Positions 9,825 to 19,046 of a stretch of DNA of 32,000 bases are shown piece after piece. The notes beneath the pieces are model-generated. The model did not search any database. It was given only the letters and a program-made list of their open reading frames with translations, and had not been told where the DNA came from. How positions within the stretch are numbered: the stretch's first letter is position 1; each line of letters begins with the position of its first letter. The translations under genes and the position numbers were made by a program. The stretch is taken from assembly GCA_934130435.1 (NCBI GenBank), contig CAKOYB010000003.1:37994-69993 (forward strand). Reading direction: 5' to 3'. The stretch comes from an uncultured Clostridia bacterium (GTDB taxonomy: Bacteria; Bacillota; Clostridia; TANB77; CAG-508).

Positions 9825-9998
9825 ATGACTAACAAAGAACTTTTATATGTTGAAGATGCTTTAGGACACGAATGCTTTATGAAGACTGCTGCTGAAAATA
9901 CAGCTAATCAATTAACTGACATCAATCTTTCAAATTATGTGAAAGAATTAAGTAGAGAACACAATGATCTATTTAACAAATTTTTAAATTTATTATAG
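9825..9998 (+). CDS. small CotF-like / spore-coat-associated protein (57 aa)
   Basis: I trimmed the track ORF to the ATG at 9825, which is preceded by GGAGG (9813-9817). The product is MTNKELLYVEDALGHECFMKTAAENTANQL..., helical and Coat-F-like. It lies directly upstream of a clearer CotF-like gene. Confidence 0.5.
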   Translation: MTNKELLYVEDALGHECFMKTAAENTANQLTDINLSNYVKELSREHNDLFNKFLNLL

Positions 9999-10010
9999 GA
10001 GGAATTTTTA

Positions 10011-10256
10011 ATGAATGATAAAGAATTAATGGAAAAAGAATTACTTGTAGTTAAAGGTGTTACAGACTTATATCTTCACGGAACAATTGAATCTTCAACA
10101 GCTGAAGTGCATACAGCTTTTAAAGAAGCATTGAATAAATCTTTAGATATTCAAAACAAATTATATAACTTAATGGCAGAAAAAGGTTGGTATAATACTG
10201 AGATTGCTGATCAACAAAAAATTAATAATGCAAAGCAAAAATTTCAAAACAAATAA
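10011..10256 (+). CDS. spore coat protein, Coat F (CotF) domain
   Basis: 81 aa, MNDKELMEKELLVVKGVTDLYLHGTIESSTAEVHTAFKEALNKSLDIQNKLYNLMAEKGWY, matching the Coat F pattern. AGGAGG lies upstream. Confidence 0.7.
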   Translation: MNDKELMEKELLVVKGVTDLYLHGTIESSTAEVHTAFKEALNKSLDIQNKLYNLMAEKGWYNTEIADQQKINNAKQKFQNK

Positions 10257-10363
10257 GAATTTAATTTTTTATTTTCTTCAATTTATATTATTGAAAAAAA
10301 TTTTGAATTTTCAACTACAATGAGAAAATCTTAAAAAAACATAAGCAATTGTATCTTTTATAA

Positions 10364-10398
10364 AACAAAAAAAAGCAAGTTATCTTGCTTTTTTTTGT
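10364..10398. terminator. bidirectional rho-independent terminator between the convergent cotF-like and APH-like genes
   Basis: AAAAAAAAGCAAG-TTAT-CTTGCTTTTTTTT. The stem is GCAAG/CTTGC, extended by A/T pairing, with T-tracts available on both strands. Confidence 0.7.
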
Positions 10399-10418
10399 TT
10401 TAATTCTTTTGGACCTAA

Positions 10419-11180
10419 CTATTGAAAGTCTATAACATTTATCCAATTTTCTAAAAATTCATGTTCCTCTTTATTTTCTTTACTCATTTGAGCTGCTGCA
10501 ACTATTGGAATCCATCTTTGAATATTTGCTTTTGAAATTCCACTTTTTTCTGAAAATAAATTAACATATTTTTCTGCTAATTCTTTCTTTCCTGCAAGTG
10601 AGAATAGTAAAAATGTTTTTGCCACATCTGCTGATGCATTTCCTATTGTCACGTGTGCCCAGTCTATTACATAACTACTGCCATCTTCTTTTATTATTAT
10701 ATTGCTTGGATTAAAATCTCCATGACATATTTTGGTATGATTCTTCATTCCTTCTAATCTTTGTAATAATTCATATTTCGTTGTATTATCAATATTTTCT
10801 GTACATTCAATTTTTCTTTTATATTTATCTTTTATTCTATTTAATAAAGGTACTGTATTAGATAATATTTGCATTTGTATATCTACAAATAAATTTAAAT
10901 ACTCATCTTCTTTTTCTGGATGTTCTTCCATTAGTTTATTAAGTGGTGTTCCTTCTATATGTTCAGATACAAGAGCCCATCTATTGTCTATTTTTGTAAC
11001 TTCTAATAGTTTTGGAACATTCAATGTTGTTCCCTCTTCGACTCTTGCTTGGTTTAGTGCTTCGTTAAGTATATCTGCTTTTGAATAATTCTCAATAAAT
11101 AGCTTTATTGTTTTGTCTTCATCTTTATAAACAGTTTTTGTACTTCTTTGTGCTATCGGTTTTTCTAAATTGTATTTCAT
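10419..11180 (-). CDS. phosphotransferase of the APH / choline-kinase-like family
   Basis: 253 aa with the catalytic loop HGDFNPSNIII and the metal-binding VIDWAHV motif typical of the aminoglycoside phosphotransferase fold. Substrate unknown. Confidence 0.75.
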   Translation of the reverse strand: MKYNLEKPIAQRSTKTVYKDEDKTIKLFIENYSKADILNEALNQARVEEGTTLNVPKLLEVTKIDNRWALVSEHIEGTPLNKLMEEHPEKEDEYLNLFVDIQMQILSNTVPLLNRIKDKYKRKIECTENIDNTTKYELLQRLEGMKNHTKICHGDFNPSNIIIKEDGSSYVIDWAHVTIGNASADVAKTFLLFSLAGKKELAEKYVNLFSEKSGISKANIQRWIPIVAAAQMSKENKEEHEFLENWINVIDFQ

Positions 11181-11214
11181 ATTTTTTTCATCCTTTCTTA
11201 TAATATTAAAATTA

Positions 11215-13818
11215 TTATTCTCCGTAATATGCTTTTAAATACATTTCTTTTATTTCACTAATTAATGGATATCTTGGGTTAGCACCTGTACATTGATCGT
11301 CAAATGCTTGTTCAGACATCTCATCAAGTCTATCTAAGAAATTCTTTTCATCTATCCCATAGTCTTTAATAGTTTTCTTTATTCCTATTTTTTCTTTTAA
11401 TTCATCAATAGCTTTTATTAAATTATTCAAACTTTCTTCATCATTTGCTCCACCAAATCCCAAAGCTTCTGCAACTTCTGCATATCTTCTTAATGTATGT
11501 GGATGGTCATATTGTGGGAATGTTCCCATTTTATTTGGTACTTCTTCACTATTAAATCTTAAAACATAGTCTATCATCAATGCATTTGCAACTCCGTGTG
11601 GTATATGGTGAAATGCTCCAAGTTTATGTGCCATTGAGTGGCAAACTCCTAGGAATGCATTTGCAAAAGCCATACCTGCCATAGTTGCTGCATTAGCCAT
11701 TTTTTCTCTTGCTTCTGGATCATTCGCTCCATTTTCATATGCTCTTGGTAAATATTTAAATATATTTTTTAATGCTTCTATTGCTAAACCGTCTGTATAT
11801 TCTGTAGCCATCATTGATGCATATGCTTCTAAACAGTGTGTTACCGCATCTATACCTGATGCTGAAGTTAAGCCTTTTGGTGCATTCATCATCATATTGC
11901 AGTCTACAATAGCCATTTTAGGTAATAATTCATAATCTGCTAATGGATATTTTGTTCCTGTTTTTTCATCTGTTATAACTGCAAATGGTGTAACTTCTGA
12001 ACCTGTACCTGCTGATGTTGGAACTGCTATAAAGTAAGCTTTTTCTCCCATTTTAGGGAATGTGTATACTCTTTTTCTTATATCCATAAATCTCATTGCC
12101 ATATCTAAGAAATCAACTTCTGGATGTTCATACATAACCCACATTATTTTACCTGCATCCATTGCAGAACCACCACCAACTGCAATTATTGCATCTGGTT
12201 TAAAAGCGTTCATTGCTTTTGTTCCTTCTATTGCACATGCAAGTGTTGGATCTGGTTCAACATTTGAAAATGTTGTATGTTCAATTCCTAGTTCATCTAA
12301 TTTATTTGTTATTGGTTTTGTATAACCATTTTCAAATAAAAATGTATCTGTTACTATAAATACTTTCTTTTTATTCATTACATTTTTTAGTTCTTCTAAA
12401 GCCACAGGTAAGCAGCCTCTTTTTATATATACCTTTTCAGGTGCTCTAAACCAAAGCATATTTTCTCTCCTTTCAGCAACTGTTTTTATATTTAACAATT
12501 GTTTTATTCCTACATTTTCTGATACTGAGTTTCCACCCCATGAACCACATCCAAGTGTTAATGATGGTGTAAGCTTAAAATTATATAAATCTCCAATTCC
12601 TCCTTGAGAAGATGGTGTATTTATAAGCACCCTACAAGTTTTCATATTATTATAAAACTCTTCTATCTTTTCTTTTTCTGTAATTGTATTTATATATAAT
12701 GATGAAGTATGTCCTAACCCTCCATCTTCAATTAATCTTCTTGCTTTGCTAATTGCATCTTCAAAATCATTTGCCCTATACATTGCTAAAACTGGTGATA
12801 GTTTTTCGTGTGCAAACTCTTCTGATAATTCAACACTTTCAACTTCTCCTATTAATATTTTAGTGTTTTCTGGCACTTCAACTCCTGCTAAAGTAGCAAT
12901 TGTATGAGCTTTTTGTCCAACTATTTTAGCATTTAATGCTCCATTTATGATTATAGTTTTTCTAACTTTCTCTGTTTCTTCTGGATTTAATAAATAGCAT
13001 CCTCTTTTTATAAATTCTTCTCTTACTTTGTTATATACCTTATCTAGGACTATTACAGATTGTTCAGATGCACATATCATACCATTATCAAAAGTTTTTG
13101 AATGAATTATTGAATTAACTGCTAAAACAATATCTGCTGTTTCATCTATTATTGCTGGTGTGTTTCCTGCGCCAACTCCAAGTGCTGGTTTTCCACTTGA
13201 ATATGCAGCTTTAACCATTCCTGGTCCACCAGTTGCTAATATTGTATCTGCTGATTGCATTAATGTATTTGTAAGTTCAAGAGATGGAACATCAATCCAA
13301 GCAATTATATTCTCTGGTGCTCCTGCTTTTACAGCAGCTTCTAAAACTACTTTTGCAGCCTCTATTGTTGATTTCTTTGCTCTAGGATGTGGGCTTATAA
13401 TAATTCCATTTCTAGTTTTTAAACATATTAAAGTTTTAAAGATTGCTGTTGAAGTTGGATTTGTTGTTGGTATAACAGCTCCAATTATTCCAATTGGTTC
13501 TAAAACTTTTTTTATTCCATATGAATTGTCCTCTTCTACAACACCACATGTTTTTTCATTTCTGTATTTGTTGTAAATATACTCTGCTGCATAATGGTTT
13601 TTTATTACCTTATCCTCTACAATTCCCATCCCTGTTTCTTCTACTGCCATTTTTGCAAGTGGGATTCTTGCACTATTTGCAGCAATTGCTGCTGCTTTGA
13701 ATATTTGGTCAACCTTCTCTTGTGAAAATTTTGAAAACTCTTCTTGAGCTTTCTTAACTTTCTCAATAGCTTGTAGTAGTTTTTCTACACTGTCTATAAC
13801 TTCATACTCTTTGCTCAT
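11215..13818 (-). CDS. adhE: bifunctional acetaldehyde-CoA / alcohol dehydrogenase
   Basis: 867 aa. The N-terminal ALDH domain carries the catalytic Cys in FDNGMICASEQ. The C-terminal Fe-ADH domain has GGGSAMDAGK and histidine motifs CHSMAHKLGAFHHIPHG. GGAGG lies 6 nt upstream, inside the 3' end of the preceding gene. Confidence 0.95.
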   Translation of the reverse strand: MSKEYEVIDSVEKLLQAIEKVKKAQEEFSKFSQEKVDQIFKAAAIAANSARIPLAKMAVEETGMGIVEDKVIKNHYAAEYIYNKYRNEKTCGVVEEDNSYGIKKVLEPIGIIGAVIPTTNPTSTAIFKTLICLKTRNGIIISPHPRAKKSTIEAAKVVLEAAVKAGAPENIIAWIDVPSLELTNTLMQSADTILATGGPGMVKAAYSSGKPALGVGAGNTPAIIDETADIVLAVNSIIHSKTFDNGMICASEQSVIVLDKVYNKVREEFIKRGCYLLNPEETEKVRKTIIINGALNAKIVGQKAHTIATLAGVEVPENTKILIGEVESVELSEEFAHEKLSPVLAMYRANDFEDAISKARRLIEDGGLGHTSSLYINTITEKEKIEEFYNNMKTCRVLINTPSSQGGIGDLYNFKLTPSLTLGCGSWGGNSVSENVGIKQLLNIKTVAERRENMLWFRAPEKVYIKRGCLPVALEELKNVMNKKKVFIVTDTFLFENGYTKPITNKLDELGIEHTTFSNVEPDPTLACAIEGTKAMNAFKPDAIIAVGGGSAMDAGKIMWVMYEHPEVDFLDMAMRFMDIRKRVYTFPKMGEKAYFIAVPTSAGTGSEVTPFAVITDEKTGTKYPLADYELLPKMAIVDCNMMMNAPKGLTSASGIDAVTHCLEAYASMMATEYTDGLAIEALKNIFKYLPRAYENGANDPEAREKMANAATMAGMAFANAFLGVCHSMAHKLGAFHHIPHGVANALMIDYVLRFNSEEVPNKMGTFPQYDHPHTLRRYAEVAEALGFGGANDEESLNNLIKAIDELKEKIGIKKTIKDYGIDEKNFLDRLDEMSEQAFDDQCTGANPRYPLISEIKEMYLKAYYGE

Positions 13819-15259
13819 CTTTATCCTCCTTTTTTTTAGTTAAATTATATAAATTAATTGAATTTTTAATGTCTTGCTCTTTTGCTTTTTTTCCAAATTT
13901 GTCTATTTCTAGTACATTTTTGGGTCCATGGTGTATACATAAAGCCCCATTTAAGCATCCTCCATCACAAGCCATTCCTTCAAAAAAATTATCTAAAGAC
14001 TTACCCATTTTTAATTTTAATAGATTTATTTTACATTCTGAAATTCCATTCATTGCAACTGGTTTTATATTATCTATATTAAAATACTCTTTAGCAACGT
14101 TTTTTATTCCTTGGGTTATTCCTCCTGTTTTTGCAAATATTCTGCCATAAAAAGATGCATTATTTAGAACTGTTTCATTAAGTTTTTCCATTTCAATTTC
14201 TTTTGCATCAAATAATGCTTGTAATTCTTCAAACGATATAACTGAATCAATTGCACCTTTTGTTTTTTCTAATTTATATTCCATTTTCTTACTTGTGCAA
14301 GGTCCAATAAATATAACTTTTCCAGTTGGATCAGAATTTTTTATAAGTTGTGCAGCATATATCATAGGTGATACTGAATTTGATATATATTTTGTAAGTT
14401 CTGGAAAGTTTTTTTCTACGTACATCACAAAAGACGGGCAACATGAAGTAGTTAATATTTGTTTTTCTTTAAACTCCTTTGCTTCATTATACAATGCTAT
14501 ATCTGCACCTATTGCTGCTTCAACAACTTGGTGAAATCCTAATTTCATTATTCCTGTTACAATTTGTTCAGGTGTAACATTATCAAATTGTCCAGCTATA
14601 GATGGAGCTATAACTGCATAAACTTTGTATTTTTTGTTATTATCTGATTTCTTTAATATATCAATTGTTTCTAATATATATGATTTGTCTGATATTGCTC
14701 CAAATGGGCACTGATATACACATGCTCCACAAGATATACATTTATTATTGTCAATTTTTGCTTTTTTATTTTCATCTATTGAAATTGCATTAACTTTACA
14801 AGATTTAACACATGGCCTTTCTTGTTTTATTATAGCTGAATATGGACATACTGTTGTACATTTTCCGCACTCAACACATTTTTCCTTATCTACACTTGCC
14901 TTGTGATTTATTATTGAAATTGCTCCTCTTGGGCAAACTTCTACGCATCTATGTACTAAACATCCTCTACATGCTGGTGTAACATATACTCCTTCAGCTG
15001 GGCACTCATCACATGCTATATCTATAACTTCAACTGAATTTGGATTTTCTTTATTTTCTCCTAAAGCTAATGCTATTCTGTCTTCAATAATAGCTCTATC
15101 CTTATAAACACAGCAACGTGCAATTGGTTTTGGTCCCGGAGAAATTATTTTCGGAATGTCTTTATAACAAGAAACTATATCATCAGCATATGCTTTTTTT
15201 ATTACCTCTTTTAATACTTCATATTTTAATTGTTGTACATAAGTGTCAAATTTATTCAT
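13802..15259 (-). CDS. [FeFe]-hydrogenase-type protein (ferredoxin-like 4Fe-4S domains plus H-cluster domain), probable catalytic partner of HydS
   Basis: 485 aa. It has several CxxCxxCxxxCP motifs. H-cluster motifs are present as TSCCP (TTSCCPSFV), GPCTSKKME and EGMACDGGCLNG. The last 17 nt overlap the adhE start. Confidence 0.85.
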   Translation of the reverse strand: MNKFDTYVQQLKYEVLKEVIKKAYADDIVSCYKDIPKIISPGPKPIARCCVYKDRAIIEDRIALALGENKENPNSVEVIDIACDECPAEGVYVTPACRGCLVHRCVEVCPRGAISIINHKASVDKEKCVECGKCTTVCPYSAIIKQERPCVKSCKVNAISIDENKKAKIDNNKCISCGACVYQCPFGAISDKSYILETIDILKKSDNNKKYKVYAVIAPSIAGQFDNVTPEQIVTGIMKLGFHQVVEAAIGADIALYNEAKEFKEKQILTTSCCPSFVMYVEKNFPELTKYISNSVSPMIYAAQLIKNSDPTGKVIFIGPCTSKKMEYKLEKTKGAIDSVISFEELQALFDAKEIEMEKLNETVLNNASFYGRIFAKTGGITQGIKNVAKEYFNIDNIKPVAMNGISECKINLLKLKMGKSLDNFFEGMACDGGCLNGALCIHHGPKNVLEIDKFGKKAKEQDIKNSINLYNLTKKKEDKDEQRV

Positions 15260-15275
15260 TATTTAACCTTCCTTT

Positions 15276-16438
15276 TTAGTAATATTTAATACTAACTCTT
15301 TTTCCCATTAGTTCTAAGTTTTTTGAAAGTCTTTCTACTAATTTAAATTTTAACGTACTATCTATTGGTAATCCGCTATGTGCTTCGTTTACTGCTTGAC
15401 CCACAAAAAAGTTAACATCAGTTGCTTGTTCAAATAAAAAGTTTGCAAGTTGTGAAGCTCCATCCTTTTTCAAGAAATTCTTTGGTATATTACTATCTAT
15501 TTTTAAATACTCTTCTGAAAGTTCTATTAGTTTTCTTAAAGTTAATACCCCTTCTGTAGTTAAGTCTATACCTTTTATATACCCAATAGGTGGGATTTGG
15601 CTATCTATATAGTTCATATCGGTTTCTACTTTTTCATTTAAATAATTGGCTACAATTTGTGATGTTGTTCCCCCACATACAATCCTTATTCCGTCATTTC
15701 TTAGGAAATCTTCTACATATTTGTCACATTCTTCTCTTTTTACAGGCGGCCCAATCATAATATTCACTTTGCTTTCTTTTCTAATTTTTATTGCTGCTAC
15801 TGTTGTATCATCACCAGGCTCTCCCATATATAAAGCTTGACTAGAAGTTGCAAGTATATTTGCAACACATCTTGCTGACATTTGCGGTTTTATATTTTCC
15901 CTTAGGTAATCTATAATATCTTCTCTTTGCCACCCTAAATTTAATGTCTTTCCAATTCCGTGCATGTGGAACACCATCAGACATTAAAAGTATTATATCT
16001 TGATCATCTAATCTTAAATTTGTCTTATATATTTTTTTATTTAAAATGTTTAACTCTTTTCTTTCTAGTTCTTTTGGTTCTCCATTTGTAAAGAATATAC
16101 ACTTAGGATTATCAAATTCAAACATATATCCTTCTCCATCATTATTTATATGAATTACAGAGAATGTTGAATATGCCACTCCTCTTTCCCTACAGACAGG
16201 CAATGTTTGTACAATTGTTTCTATGCATTCTTCCATTGGAATATCATTTGATACCATAGTACTTAAAATTTTAGAAGTTAGAGTTGCTAAAATATTTGCT
16301 TTAACCCCGGCTTCCCATTCCATCTGCAAGCACTAATGTGGTATATCCATCCTTTTTTACAATAGAAACTTTATCTCCACAAAGCTCTTCTCCATATTTA
16401 TTAAATGATGTATAGCCATATTCAAGGAAAAGTCCCAT
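15276..16438 (-). pseudogene. PP2C/SpoIIE-type serine phosphatase, disrupted by two +1 frameshifts
   Basis: It is split over three frames. (1) 16438-16301 reads MGLFLEYGYTSFNKYGEELCGDKV...LADGMGSRG*. (2) 16329-15841 reads ...GVKANILATLTSKI...LLMSDGVPHA.... (3) 15977-15276 reads ...GIGKTLNLGWQREDII...KYY*. Removing one base near 16309 and one near 15960 restores a continuous DGMGSGVKAN...SDGVPHAGIGKTLNLGW protein. Its start overlaps the hydS stop (TAATG). Confidence 0.8.
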
Positions 16439-18138
16439 TATTTTTCTCCTTCATTATCTTCTTTTAATGTTTTTCTTAAATTAACTAATGCAACTTTAGC
16501 CTCTGCCGTTGTTTCTCCTAGAAGTGATGCAATTTCTTGCGCTACCCTCATTTGTTTTTTTATCACTTCGTCGGTTGTTGCAATAGTTTCTAGTTTCACT
16601 TCTTTTATTTTTTCATTATAATTAACTTTATCTGTAATGTCCTTCATAATTGCAAAAATCATATTATGTTCCTTCATATAATTAACTGATAATTCAATAT
16701 ATAAGTTTGTTTTTGAAATTTTAATTTGTTTTGAAAATACGTTTCTTTTTTCTGTAAGTGCTTCAATAAACTCAATATTTTCATCCATACAGTCAAGTAT
16801 TGAAGTTTCCTTTGGCTTAAATCTTTTAATTCCAATTAGATTCTTAGCTTTATTATTCATGTCTATTATGTTAAAATCTTTATCTATAACAATAATTCCA
16901 TTTGGACTATTTTTTATTATTTCATTAGACATATTCTCTGCTCTTTCTCGCATATATGGCAAACACATTTCTATATCTGCATATCCATTAATAACTGCCC
17001 ATGCTTTTTCTCTGCATGTTGAATATCCACATGCCCCACAGTTAAGTTCATCTTCTTTTGTATACTTTCCTGTTTTTGCTAATACTTCTTTTATTTGCTC
17101 TTCTGTAGGTTCTATATCATTAATGTTTTGTTTTTTATGATCATGTATAATGTTTATGCTTTTTTCTTCACTTAACTCTGTTTTTTTATCTATGCAAGAA
17201 TTATTTTTAACATAATTACGTATTTTAGAATTTGCAATTATTGCCGTATTATCTTTATTTAAACTACATGGACCATTAATGCAAGACCCTTGGCATGTAT
17301 TTAACTCAAGAAATACATTCTCTAGATTTTCTATACCTTTCAATGCTTCTTTACATCTTTCTACTCCATCTATAGCTATATATTCATATCCATCTATTAA
17401 TTTATCAAATGACTTGATTATTCCTCTGCTTATTGGAAAGAATCTTTCCTTGTTCCAGCTTACTTCTTCATTACTAGTTTTTTCTTCTATATTAATATTT
17501 TCTTCTTTAAATAGTTCAAGTAAATCTTCAAAAGTTAATACCCCATCTATTAATCCTGATTCTTTACATTCTTTTTTCTTTGCTATGCATGGTCCAATGA
17601 ACACAATTTTGCAATCTGGATTTTCTTCTTTTAAAATCTTTGCATGTGCAATTGCCGGAGAGTCAACTGGTGCCAAATATTTTAATGCATTTGGATAATA
17701 TATACTAATCATATTATTTACAGCTGGACAACAAGAAGTTATAAAGTTTTTATATTTTTTGCCTTTAAGCAGTTTTTCATATTCTTTAATAACTTTCTGT
17801 GCACCTCTTGCTGTTTCTTCGCCAAAAATAAAACCTATTTTTTTTAATGCTTCATTTATACTTGAAAAGTTTTTAATGTTAAAACTAGATACGAAAGATG
17901 GAGCAATACTTGCTATTACTTTGTTTTCTTTTAGTAAATTTTTAACTTCTTCTAATTCGCTATGAACTCTCTTGGCGTTCTGAGGACAAATTAATGTACA
18001 TTTTCCGCACAATATGCAGCGTTCTTCAATTATTTTTGCTTGATTTTTTTCTATTTTTATAGCCTTAACTGGACAATTTTTTAGACATTTATAACAATTT
18101 TTACATTTTGCTTCCTTAAACTCTAAATACTTTAACAT
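16438..18138 (-). CDS. hydS: sensory (group C) [FeFe]-hydrogenase with C-terminal Cys motif and PAS domain, copy 1
   Basis: 566 aa. Two N-terminal ferredoxin motifs (CKNCYKCLKNCP, CILCGKCTLICP). The H-domain motifs are TSCCP, GPCIAKKKE and NTCQGSCINGP. These are followed by CGACGYSTC-x16-C (Cx2Cx4Cx16C) and a PAS-like segment (NSPNGIIVIDKDFNIIDMNNKAKNLIG). This architecture matches that described for HydS of Thermotoga maritima. Confidence 0.85.
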   Translation of the reverse strand: MLKYLEFKEAKCKNCYKCLKNCPVKAIKIEKNQAKIIEERCILCGKCTLICPQNAKRVHSELEEVKNLLKENKVIASIAPSFVSSFNIKNFSSINEALKKIGFIFGEETARGAQKVIKEYEKLLKGKKYKNFITSCCPAVNNMISIYYPNALKYLAPVDSPAIAHAKILKEENPDCKIVFIGPCIAKKKECKESGLIDGVLTFEDLLELFKEENINIEEKTSNEEVSWNKERFFPISRGIIKSFDKLIDGYEYIAIDGVERCKEALKGIENLENVFLELNTCQGSCINGPCSLNKDNTAIIANSKIRNYVKNNSCIDKKTELSEEKSINIIHDHKKQNINDIEPTEEQIKEVLAKTGKYTKEDELNCGACGYSTCREKAWAVINGYADIEMCLPYMRERAENMSNEIIKNSPNGIIVIDKDFNIIDMNNKAKNLIGIKRFKPKETSILDCMDENIEFIEALTEKRNVFSKQIKISKTNLYIELSVNYMKEHNMIFAIMKDITDKVNYNEKIKEVKLETIATTDEVIKKQMRVAQEIASLLGETTAEAKVALVNLRKTLKEDNEGEK

Positions 18139-18149
18139 AAGAACCTCTT

Positions 18150-18392
18150 TTAAATTTTATTTATTACTTGTTTTTCAAAAATTTCTTCTATGGTTTCTGG
18201 ACTAACATTTGATATAAGTTTTCCATCTATTTCCATTGATACACCATTTGAGCAATTTCCTAGACAAAAACTTGCTTTAAGTTCTACCTTATCTCCTACA
18301 TTTTTTTCTTCAATTAGTTTTTTTAATTTTTGTACTACATCATATGATCCTTTTAAATGGCATGAACTTCCAACACATACCTTAATCTCCAT
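18150..18392 (-). CDS. thioredoxin-like [2Fe-2S] ferredoxin (NuoE/HndA-like), copy 1
   Basis: 80 aa with the Cys pattern CVGSSC...CLGNC. Confidence 0.8.
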   Translation of the reverse strand: MEIKVCVGSSCHLKGSYDVVQKLKKLIEEKNVGDKVELKASFCLGNCSNGVSMEIDGKLISNVSPETIEEIFEKQVINKI

Positions 18393-18472
18393 TTTTACAC
18401 TTCCTTTTCTTTTAAATTCTTTAATAATATTGATAATGAAGCTGATAAATCTTCATTTTTAATTGCTATATT

Positions 18473-19015
18473 TTATGGCACCTTAAGTTCTATAGGTGCA
18501 AAATTCCAAATTGCTTTTATTCCACATTCAACCATTTTATTGCAAACTTCTTGTGCTGCATTTTGTGGAACAGTAATTATTCCTATATGAATATTCATTC
18601 TCTTAATTAAATCTTCCATCTTGCTTATATAAAATATTTTTCTATTATCACATATTTTTTCATTAGTATCAAAAGCAATTAAAATATTTATATCATTTTC
18701 AAATCCATTGTAATTCATTAATGCTTGCCCTAGTTTTCCTGCACCTACTATCACTGCGTCTGTAGCATTGTTAAGATTTAAAAATTCCTCAATATCTTTA
18801 ATTAAATCATCTATTTTAAAACCAATACCTGGTTTTCCTTCATTTTTACTTACTAGTGCTAAGTCTTTTCTTACCTGAATTGAATTTAAGTTAAGAAAAT
18901 TAGACATTGTTGTAGAAGAAATAAATTTTATATTTTCTTCCTTCTTTTCTTTTAATATTCTAAGATATTTTGGTAATCGCTTAAGAGTTGCTTGTGATAT
19001 ATATACTTCTTTCAT
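18473..19015 (-). CDS. rex: redox-sensing repressor Rex, ended prematurely by an in-frame TAA, copy 1
   Basis: 180 aa. The N-terminal winged-helix block reads ATLKRLPKYLRIL...ISSTTMSNFLNLNSIQVRKDL. The Rossmann motif is VGAGKLGQAL. The ORF ends at ...NFAPIELKVP*. The next 25 in-frame codons (18398-18472) read NIAIKNEDLSASLSILLKNLKEKEV, which resembles the normal Rex C-terminus. Confidence 0.85.
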   Translation of the reverse strand: MKEVYISQATLKRLPKYLRILKEKKEENIKFISSTTMSNFLNLNSIQVRKDLALVSKNEGKPGIGFKIDDLIKDIEEFLNLNNATDAVIVGAGKLGQALMNYNGFENDINILIAFDTNEKICDNRKIFYISKMEDLIKRMNIHIGIITVPQNAAQEVCNKMVECGIKAIWNFAPIELKVP

Positions 19016-19046
19016 AATTGCTCCTCGATATTATTTTATCGATTTT

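Noticed and set aside
13819-13900. An internal sigma-A promoter for adhE inside the hydrogenase 3' end (TATAAT near 13840).
   Set aside because: The -10-like hexamer has no acceptable -35 partner at 16-18 nt. It may be chance in AT-rich coding sequence, so I left adhE as part of the upstream transcription unit.
15841-16329. Treating 15841-16329 and 15276-15977 as two separate real genes, with the MQMEWEAG start as a genuine N-terminus.
   Set aside because: Together with 16301-16438 they form one continuous PP2C phosphatase once two single-base insertions are removed. The MQMEWEAG start has no RBS and lies out of frame inside the DGMGSG motif region.
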